From NCBI RefSeq assembly GCF_002874775.1, contig NZ_CP020991.1:2106451-2146450 (forward strand): a stretch of DNA of 40,000 nucleotides, given 5' to 3'. This DNA comes from Monoglobus pectinilyticus (GTDB lineage: Bacteria; Bacillota; Clostridia; Monoglobales; Monoglobaceae). Both the position numbers and the translations under genes were made by a program. This document shows, in pieces, positions 8,400 to 15,341 of this stretch (position 1 is the stretch's first letter; each line of letters opens with the position of its first letter). The notes beneath the pieces were generated by a model that was not told the DNA's origin, did no database searches, and saw only the letters and a list, made by a program, of their open reading frames with translations.

Positions 8400-8587
8400 A
8401 GTGCCCGTATAAAGATAATAGATTTGAAAATACAACATCAAAATATATCTATGACGAAGACGGAAGTCTAATAGAAAATAAAATAACGACGTGTACCGCT
8501 TCTACTTTTGGAAAGTGTGACGGCGAAGAGTGCGCAGCATATAAAGATGGTGTATGTCAATATGTATTGGTCGAAAAGGGAGGTTGA
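8396..8587 (+). CDS. 63-aa cysteine-containing small protein
   Basis: MKCPYKDNRFENTTSKYIYDEDGSLIENKITTCTASTFGKCDGEECAAYKDGVCQYVLVEKGG. Five Cys. Translationally coupled to the preceding membrane-protein ORF. Confidence 0.5.
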   Translation: MKCPYKDNRFENTTSKYIYDEDGSLIENKITTCTASTFGKCDGEECAAYKDGVCQYVLVEKGG

Positions 8588-8633
8588 GAGTTAATGGCAA
8601 GAGAGCCAACTGGAAATAAATTTAATAATGATT

Positions 8634-8657
8634 GAGCCGCATAAGGCTCTTTTTTTA
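8634..8657 (+). terminator. Rho-independent terminator
   Basis: GAGCC (8634-8638) pairs with GGCTC (8645-8649), followed by T8. Confidence 0.7.
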
Positions 8658-8762
8658 TGTGCAAAATTCGTCTTTTTGGTATTGCAGACGTAAAAGAACA
8701 AGACTGATAGCCGCGGACTATACCGCGTATAAAAAATGTAATCAAGAAAGGTGTAGTGTTTA

Positions 8763-9371
8763 ATGGATAAAGCATTTTTAAAGGAGCTTGGGATAGAAGA
8801 TGAAAATATAACAAAAATTATCAAAGCTCACAATGAGGAAATAAAGGACAGTTATGTACCGCTTTCCCGATTTAACGCAGTTAATGAGGATAAAAAGGAA
8901 GCGGAACGAAAAGCAAAAGAATTAAAGAGCCAGCTGGACGGGTTGGACAATGTAGATGTTGCGGAATTGGAAAATACAATTGAGACATTAAAGAACGAAA
9001 ACAAAACCGCACAGGAAAATCACGAAAAAGAACTTAGGAATATAAAAATTGATTATGCTCTTGATAAAGCTTTGATAGACGCTAAAGCTAAAAATATTAA
9101 GGCTGTAAAGGCGTTTTTTAATTTAGATGAACTAGAACTTGATAATGACAATATCAAGGATATAGACGATAAAATCAAAGCGTTAGCAGAAGATGATACA
9201 ACAAGTTTTCTTTTCGGTTCCGACGAATCGAGCAAGGGTAAATTTAAGGGTGTTAATCCTGTGCAAGTACCAGGTGCCGGAAGCGGTCAGTCTGACGATG
9301 ATAGTGTAGGCTCAATGTACGCACAAAAATATAATGCTAAATTTGGCGTTACAAATAACGAAAATGAATAG
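8763..9371 (+). CDS. Capsid scaffolding protein (phage GP20-like)
   Basis: MDKAFLKELGIEDENITKIIKAHNEEIKDSYVPLSRFNAVNEDKK resembles the GP20 scaffold N-terminus. Coiled-coil-rich and acidic, directly upstream of the capsid genes. Confidence 0.75.
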   Translation: MDKAFLKELGIEDENITKIIKAHNEEIKDSYVPLSRFNAVNEDKKEAERKAKELKSQLDGLDNVDVAELENTIETLKNENKTAQENHEKELRNIKIDYALDKALIDAKAKNIKAVKAFFNLDELELDNDNIKDIDDKIKALAEDDTTSFLFGSDESSKGKFKGVNPVQVPGAGSGQSDDDSVGSMYAQKYNAKFGVTNNENE

Positions 9372-9382
9372 GAGTGAAAGTA

Positions 9383-9994
9383 ATGGCTTTAACAACAATA
9401 AAAAGAACAGAAACTAGACCTAACTTTTTAGAATCGGAAGTAGGTTTGGTGCTTAAAACGGCACAAGTAGACAACGCAAATATTGAAGCTGATGAATATG
9501 GATATAAAACGGTGAAAGGCGGTACACCTTATCCAGCGAATGATTCAACCGCAAAAGGTCTTATTTTTGAAGATGTAGACGTAACTGTTGGCTCTGACAA
9601 TGGGGTAAGACCGGCCAGCCTAATGGTTGCAGGAAGAGTTTTAGAAAATAGACTGCATACTCCGTTGAGTTCGGCGGCAAAAACAGCACTTACAGCATTG
9701 GGGTTTGTTTTTGTTGACGAACCTGTAATCATGAGAGAACCAATTGAACCCAAAGAGTATACAGCAGGAACAACCGCGTTCAGCGGTAGCGATATAGCCT
9801 ACGGAAGTGGTGAGCTAACGATTACTGCTATTGATGACAGCAACACTGATTCGGCAGTAGCTACAGTTGCATTGTCGTCTTCAACTCATAAGGTTACAGC
9901 AACTAAGGTAACGGCAGGTAATACAACGGTTGATTGCACTGTATCAGACGGCACAAATACAGCTGTGATTACTGTACCAATAGAATTAGTATAG
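9383..9994 (+). CDS. Capsid-associated/decoration protein with C-terminal Ig-like domain
   Basis: ATG 9383 lies 6 nt after GGAGTG. The C-terminal TITAIDDSNTDSAVATVALSSSTHKVTATKVTAGNTTVDCTVSDGTNTAVITVP reads as a bacterial Ig-like (Big_2-type) fold. Located between scaffold and major capsid genes. Confidence 0.5.
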   Translation: MALTTIKRTETRPNFLESEVGLVLKTAQVDNANIEADEYGYKTVKGGTPYPANDSTAKGLIFEDVDVTVGSDNGVRPASLMVAGRVLENRLHTPLSSAAKTALTALGFVFVDEPVIMREPIEPKEYTAGTTAFSGSDIAYGSGELTITAIDDSNTDSAVATVALSSSTHKVTATKVTAGNTTVDCTVSDGTNTAVITVPIELV

Positions 9995-10005
9995 GAGGAC
10001 TATAA

Positions 10006-11028
10006 ATGAATATTTTACAATTAATTTCAGACAAAGACAGATTGTCATTTTCGCAAAATCTGTCTATACAGAGAAACTATTTAGGGGACACTTTATTTCC
10101 TGATTTGAAGACACAGCACTTAGAAGCTGAGTATTTTAGACTGACTGACGGTCTTAATCTGCCAACAATGGCGCAAGTACATGGTTTTGATACAGAAGCG
10201 GCAATAGGCACAAGACCGACGTTAGAAAAGGTAACAATTGAGAAATTATTGATTAAAGAAAAGATTAATCAGTCTGAAAAAACTCGAATGTATCTAAAGA
10301 CCGGAGTATCTGAGCAAGCATTGGTTTCATATGTATTTGACGATATGGGTCGTCTTGCTGATAACGTAAAAACAAGAACTGAAGTGGCAAAAATGGAAGC
10401 GTTATCAACTGGTAAGCTGACAGTTAAGGAAAATAATCTTGATTTTACCATTGATTATGGAGTGCCTAAAGAAAATAGAATGTCAGTAGATTGGAGTTCT
10501 CCCGAAGCTGATATTTTAGGGGACATACGGTCAATGATTGATATTGCGAAAGAAAACGGTCATACTGTTAACAGATGTGTTGCAAGTAATAAGATAGTAA
10601 CCTTGATATGCAAAAATAAGGCAGTACAGACGGCTATGTATGGTGTAAATGGAGTTGGAACTTTTGTTTCGCTCGGTCAGCTTAATACAATGCTCAGTAA
10701 TATGTTTGGCTTTACAATAACTGTAAACGATGATAGATACAGATATAAAATCACAAAAGACAAATACAAGACAAAGCGTTATATAGATGAAGATGTATTT
10801 ATTTTATTTCAAAGTCTAGACGGTTCTATAGGTACCGGACTTTGGGGACCCACTCCCGAAGAGGAGGATATGGGACCTTATACAGAAAAGTCAAGTCAGC
10901 AGTACATTACCTTAACGCAGTGGGAGACACCAGACCCGAGAGCGGTTTGGACAAAAGCGAGCGGTGTATTTATTCCGGTTCTCCCGTATCCTGAAAGCCT
11001 AATTATTAGCAAGGTTAAATTAGCGTAA
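10006..11028 (+). CDS. Major capsid protein (protein E-like family)
   Basis: 340 aa after the scaffold/decoration genes, SD AGGAGG. The N-terminal ...NYLGDTLFPDLKTQHLEAEYFRL resembles E-type major capsid proteins. Confidence 0.8.
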   Translation: MNILQLISDKDRLSFSQNLSIQRNYLGDTLFPDLKTQHLEAEYFRLTDGLNLPTMAQVHGFDTEAAIGTRPTLEKVTIEKLLIKEKINQSEKTRMYLKTGVSEQALVSYVFDDMGRLADNVKTRTEVAKMEALSTGKLTVKENNLDFTIDYGVPKENRMSVDWSSPEADILGDIRSMIDIAKENGHTVNRCVASNKIVTLICKNKAVQTAMYGVNGVGTFVSLGQLNTMLSNMFGFTITVNDDRYRYKITKDKYKTKRYIDEDVFILFQSLDGSIGTGLWGPTPEEEDMGPYTEKSSQQYITLTQWETPDPRAVWTKASGVFIPVLPYPESLIISKVKLA

Positions 11029-11046
11029 CAGAAAAGGGGAACGGAT

Positions 11047-11433
11047 ATGTTAGATGAAATATACACAGCACTTGAAAGTTATGGTTACAACGAATTTGAC
11101 GGTTCTGATGAGATGATTCTAAATCTTATTATTGATAATGTTGAACAGCATATAAAAGGGTTTTGCAACATTTCTCAAATACCTAAAGACTTAAAACATA
11201 CATTCATACATAGCGTATGTGGTGAGTTCCTATATCAAAAATATAATAGCGGAAGTTTGCCGGATAGTTTTGATTTTGAGGTAGCGTGTTCGTCAATTTC
11301 GGAAGGAGATGTAAAACTTGATTTCAACATTAACGGAACATCAACAGCAGAGCAAAGATTTCTTAAAATGGTAAACGAACTCCGTTCCCCTGATTACAAT
11401 TGCTTGATAAGATATAGAAAGCTGGTGTGGTAA
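11047..11433 (+). CDS. Head-tail connector protein (gp6-like)
   Basis: 128 aa immediately after the capsid gene. Called mainly from position and size in the conserved order. Confidence 0.5.
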   Translation: MLDEIYTALESYGYNEFDGSDEMILNLIIDNVEQHIKGFCNISQIPKDLKHTFIHSVCGEFLYQKYNSGSLPDSFDFEVACSSISEGDVKLDFNINGTSTAEQRFLKMVNELRSPDYNCLIRYRKLVW

Positions 11434-11817
11434 ATGAGGATTAAAACGCCAACAGCTATCCAGATTCAGAATGCAATTACAAGCATGTGGAACGGCAGAA
11501 TGACTGTGTACGGAAATAAAAGCGTGTTTAACGAAGTTACCAAAATAACCGAAATAGAAAATGATGTAGTCTTAGCCAAAGATATACCATGCAGGATATC
11601 CTTTAAGACAATTTCAAAAGTTTCTGAACAGGACGGCGCATTTAAAACTGCACAGGAAATAAAACTTTTCTGTGCCCCTGAAATAGAAATAGCGGAGGGG
11701 TCAAGGCTTGTTATTACCCAAAACGATATAACAAACACATACGAAAAAAGCGGCACACCAGCAATGTACACATATCATCAAGAAATTATATTGTCTCTTG
11801 TAGAGGAGTGGGTATAA
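11434..11817 (+). CDS. Head closure / head-tail adaptor protein
   Basis: 127 aa, abutting its neighbours (TAA-ATG, TAATG). Positional call. Confidence 0.45.
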   Translation: MRIKTPTAIQIQNAITSMWNGRMTVYGNKSVFNEVTKITEIENDVVLAKDIPCRISFKTISKVSEQDGAFKTAQEIKLFCAPEIEIAEGSRLVITQNDITNTYEKSGTPAMYTYHQEIILSLVEEWV

Positions 11818-12212
11818 TGATACGCTGTAATTTTAATGATTTAAAAGTGTTTAGGGATAATCTAGATAAATTAACAAATGCAGAATATGACAGATTAGCA
11901 AAAGAATGTTGTAATGAAATTGCCGCACGACTGTTACGAATGACACAAAAAAATACACCTGTAGCTACTGGCACATTAAAACGTGCTTGGAATATAGAGC
12001 CGGCAGAGAAGAAAGGTAATGTGTGGGTATCTGTTATATACAATACAGCTGATTATGCAATCTATGTTGAATATGGGCACAGGACAACCAATCATAAAGG
12101 CTGGGTAACCGGGCGTTTTATGCTGACAAATGCTGAAAAAGAAATAGAAAGGATTGTCCCACAATTGCTAGAAAAACGGTTATTGCAGAAACTAGGTGAA
12201 GTATTTGACTAA
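11817..12212 (+). CDS. HK97 gp10-family neck protein
   Basis: ATG 11817 overlaps the previous stop (TAATG) after GGAGTGGG. NTPVATGTLKRAWN...YNTADYAIYVEYGHRT is the gp10-family signature. Confidence 0.75.
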   Translation: MIRCNFNDLKVFRDNLDKLTNAEYDRLAKECCNEIAARLLRMTQKNTPVATGTLKRAWNIEPAEKKGNVWVSVIYNTADYAIYVEYGHRTTNHKGWVTGRFMLTNAEKEIERIVPQLLEKRLLQKLGEVFD

Positions 12213-12639
12213 TGAAACAATTGCAGGAATATCAAATAAGTTGTATAGCTTGTTTGGAGAAAATTATAAAATATATACTAAGGAAATAAAACAGGACTTG
12301 AAAAAGCCCTGTTTTTATATTGTCAATTTATCTGTCAGAAACAGGGTTTCACTAGGTTTGAGATATAATCACGAACAGTCATTTGATATTCATTTCTTTC
12401 CTGGAAAATCAGGCAGTCAGTCTGAGATGTCAGAGATTGCGGATAAATTGATGACAAACCTTACATTTATTCAAGTACAGGATAAAAGTTATTTGTATGG
12501 GTCTAATATCAACTCCCAGATTGTTGAGGATGTGTTGCATGTTTTTGTCAATTATGACGTGCCGATGAAAATTGTTAAGACCGATAATGAGTATATGAAT
12601 AATTTAGAAATTAATGGAGGTATGAAATATGGCAATTAA
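12196..12639 (+). CDS. Tail completion/terminator-position protein, hypothetical
   Basis: 147 aa between the neck genes and the sheath gene. Start (GTG 12196 or TTG 12205) uncertain. Positional call. Confidence 0.4.
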   Translation: MKYLTNETIAGISNKLYSLFGENYKIYTKEIKQDLKKPCFYIVNLSVRNRVSLGLRYNHEQSFDIHFFPGKSGSQSEMSEIADKLMTNLTFIQVQDKSYLYGSNINSQIVEDVLHVFVNYDVPMKIVKTDNEYMNNLEINGGMKYGN

Positions 12640-12814
12640 AAAGCCGGATGAAATGGAAGTAAAAGACAAATATAATAAATCCGTTATTTTGCAGTCTGCA
12701 AAATACAAAAATAGACGTGATTTGCTTGATGTCTTATTAGATGAGAAGAAATACTATACAATTTCGGAAGTTGAAAATGCAATAAAAAAATATATGAACG
12801 GAGGTAGAAAATAA
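12629..12814 (+). CDS. Small hypothetical protein
   Basis: 61 aa, SD GGAGG upstream. Its stop overlaps the sheath start (TAATG). Confidence 0.45.
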   Translation: MAIKKPDEMEVKDKYNKSVILQSAKYKNRRDLLDVLLDEKKYYTISEVENAIKKYMNGGRK

Positions 12815-14148
12815 TGTTAGGTGGAGGTACTTTCACGACTATGAACAAAGTTCTGCCAGGTTCATATATCAACGTAATATCAACTGGCAATGCGACGGCG
12901 GCTTTGTCTGATAGAGGTTATGTAGCCGTACCAATGGAGCTTGATTATTCTCCTGAAGGAGTTTTTGAAGTAACAGCTGCGGATTTTCAGAAGAATTCTG
13001 TAAAGTTGTTCGGCTACGAGTACAACTCAGAAAAAATGAAAAATATACGAGAGATATTTTGCAAGGCAAACACTGTGTATTTTTATAATATCTGCGAAGG
13101 CGGCAAAAAAGCAACAAATACATATGCTACAGCTAAATATCCGGGCGAAGCTGGAAATCAATATAAAATAAAAATTGAAGAATCGGTAGATGATGAAAAC
13201 CGTCTTAATGTTTTGACAATTTATAACAGTACGGTTGTTGATGTTCAGCAAATAGAAAAAATTACATCAGCAAGCACAGAAAACAACGGACTTGTTGATA
13301 ATGATTATGTTGATTTTAAAAAGAATGTTGTACCAACCGTAACATCTGGGAGTTCTTTATCCGGTGGTACTAAGGGAACCTCGTCAGGAGCCACAATACA
13401 AAAGGCTTTGGATTCGTTAGAATCTTATTCGTTTAATATTCTTATTTGCACATTGACACAGACAACAGATAAGAGATTGTATGTAAACTATGTGAAGCGA
13501 TTAAGAGACGAAAACGGTATTAAATTTCAGGTTGTTATACATGACCCAGAAAATGAAATTCCGGCAGATTATGAGGGCTGTATTAGAGTGCCTAACAAGG
13601 TCGCTGACGGTTCTGAATCTGCGCATGAATTAGTTTACTGGACAGGCGGAGCAGAAGCGGCGTGCCGTGTAAATGGCTCTTTAACAAATGTTGAATATGA
13701 CGGGGAATATACCGTTGACACTAATTATACACAAACGGAGTTATCTAACTTTATTCAGTCGGGGTTTTTGGCGTTCCATAGAGTTGGAAACGAAACCCGT
13801 GTGCTTGATGATGTTAACAGTCTTGTAACTGTAACCGATGGTAAGTCGGAAGATTTTAAACGCAACCAAACTATACGGGTAACAGACCAAATATCTAATG
13901 ACATAGCTGTTCTTTTTAACACAAGATATCTGGGAATATCACCGAATGATAATATGGGCAGAGCCTCACTAAAAAATGACATTGTGAAAATACACGAGGA
14001 TTTGAGAAATATAAGAGCAATTGAAAACTTTGCATCTTCTGATGTTACAGTCGAGGCAGGAGATAAAAAAGGCTCTGTAATCGTTACTGATACAATTACA
14101 ACAATTGAAGCTATGAGACAGCTATATATGACTGTTTACGTTTCGTAA
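12814..14148 (+). CDS. Contractile tail sheath protein (XkdK-like)
   Basis: The N-terminal GGGTFTTMNKVLPGSYINV matches the sheath N-terminal motif. 444 aa, followed by the tube gene. Confidence 0.85.
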   Translation: MLGGGTFTTMNKVLPGSYINVISTGNATAALSDRGYVAVPMELDYSPEGVFEVTAADFQKNSVKLFGYEYNSEKMKNIREIFCKANTVYFYNICEGGKKATNTYATAKYPGEAGNQYKIKIEESVDDENRLNVLTIYNSTVVDVQQIEKITSASTENNGLVDNDYVDFKKNVVPTVTSGSSLSGGTKGTSSGATIQKALDSLESYSFNILICTLTQTTDKRLYVNYVKRLRDENGIKFQVVIHDPENEIPADYEGCIRVPNKVADGSESAHELVYWTGGAEAACRVNGSLTNVEYDGEYTVDTNYTQTELSNFIQSGFLAFHRVGNETRVLDDVNSLVTVTDGKSEDFKRNQTIRVTDQISNDIAVLFNTRYLGISPNDNMGRASLKNDIVKIHEDLRNIRAIENFASSDVTVEAGDKKGSVIVTDTITTIEAMRQLYMTVYVS

Positions 14149-14161
14149 GGAGGGAAAATAA

Positions 14162-14704
14162 ATGGATGAAAAAGACTATAACATAGCAAATAATGTGGTG
14201 ATGAAAGCTAAGGACAGTTTGCAAGCTAACTTAGGAAAATGCACCATAACTAATGGCACTAAGCGTTATAACTTTATGCAAGCAATTAACCTTGAAGCCA
14301 ACTTTGAAAAAACAAAAGAAGAAATTCCGATACTCGGTAAAACAGGTAAAGGAAATAAATCTACAGGCTGGAAAGGAACAGGGTCAGCAACATTTCATTA
14401 TAACACTTCAATATTTAGGGAAATGATGGCTGATTATAAGAATACCGGAAAAGATGTCTATTTTGACATTACAATTGAAAACGGTGACCCAACGTCAGAC
14501 GCTGGGTATCAAATAGTAACACTTAAAGACTGTAATATAGACGGTGGTATTCTAGCAAAATTTGACGCTGACGGCGGGTATCTTGATGAGGATATGGACT
14601 TCACATTTGAGGACTTTGAGATTACTCATTCTTTTACTGCTTTGACAGGATTTTTAATAAACAATAATAGCAACAACAATAACAACAATAATAGAAACAA
14701 CTAA
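14162..14704 (+). CDS. Tail tube protein (XkdM-like) with a poly-Asn C-terminal tail
   Basis: GKTGKGNKSTGWKGTGSATFHYNTSIFREMM...DFTFEDFEI resembles XkdM. The last 19 aa are NNNSNNNNNNNRNN-rich. Confidence 0.8.
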   Translation: MDEKDYNIANNVVMKAKDSLQANLGKCTITNGTKRYNFMQAINLEANFEKTKEEIPILGKTGKGNKSTGWKGTGSATFHYNTSIFREMMADYKNTGKDVYFDITIENGDPTSDAGYQIVTLKDCNIDGGILAKFDADGGYLDEDMDFTFEDFEITHSFTALTGFLINNNSNNNNNNNRNN

Positions 14705-14721
14705 TAATAGGAGGTAAAAAG

Positions 14722-15141
14722 ATGGGAACATTAAAAGGGTTTTTGAATCCTAAGAAGGTTGAAAATATAAAATTCGTGGTGAGCAACAGATTCGTTGATG
14801 ATGACGGTAATCCGTTAGAATGGGAACTTAGAGCACTTTCGGCAAAAGAAAGCGAATTGCTGCAAACCGATTGTATGATAAAAAAAGCTTCCAGCAGAAG
14901 AGGGGTGTCAAGTCTTGATTTAGATGCTGCTTTATACACAAAGAAGATGATGGCAAAATGTGTTGTTAAGCCGGATTTGAACGAGATTGACATACAGGAC
15001 GCTTACGGCGTTTCTTGTGCGGAAGATGTTTTGGGAAACATGTTGACAAGCGGAGAGTACACAGCCCTTTCTAACAAATTATTAGATGTAAACGGTTTTA
15101 ATGAAATATTTGAAGATGAGGTAAAAGAAGCAAAAAACTAA
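14722..15141 (+). CDS. Tail assembly chaperone (XkdN-like), zero-frame product
   Basis: FVVSNRFVDDDGNPLEWELRALSAKESELL resembles XkdN. Ends at TAA 15139-15141, right after the slippery heptamer. Confidence 0.8.
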   Translation: MGTLKGFLNPKKVENIKFVVSNRFVDDDGNPLEWELRALSAKESELLQTDCMIKKASSRRGVSSLDLDAALYTKKMMAKCVVKPDLNEIDIQDAYGVSCAEDVLGNMLTSGEYTALSNKLLDVNGFNEIFEDEVKEAKN

Positions 15142-15317
15142 TAAAAGGTGGAGACGCAGACAGTAACTATGCTTATTACTGTCTGCATGAACTCCACCTT
15201 TTACCTAGAGAATATTTAAATTTGTCCCGAAAAGAACAGGCTTTCATTGCGGCGTGTATTGAGATAAATCAGGAGGAGATAAAAAAGATTAATAAAAAGA
15301 ACAGTAAAAAGAAATAG
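14722..15317 (+). CDS. Tail assembly chaperone, -1 frameshift extension product (G/GT analogue, about 198 aa)
   Basis: The -1 frame is open from the slip site to TAG 15315-15317 and has no start codon of its own. It encodes LIKGGDADSNYAYYCLHELHLLPREYLNLSRKEQAFIAACIEINQEEIKKINKKNSKKK. Confidence 0.7.
15132..15200 (+). promoter_or_regulatory. Programmed -1 ribosomal frameshift signal: slippery A_AAA_AAC plus two-tier stem-loop
   Basis: Heptamer at 15132-15138, then a 6-nt spacer. AAGGTGGAG (15145-15153) pairs with CTCCACCTT (15192-15200). It encloses GCAGACAGTAA (15156-15166) paired with TTACTGTCTGC (15176-15186). Confidence 0.75.
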
Positions 15318-15341
15318 GGGGTGGTTATTATAGGAAAAACA

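Noticed and set aside
8234-8587. 117-aa ORF as given in the track
   Set aside because: Its N-terminal half overlaps a better small ORF (8226-8399) that has an SD and two TM helices. An internal ATG at 8396 is ATGA-coupled to that ORF, so I split it into two genes. This is still unproven.
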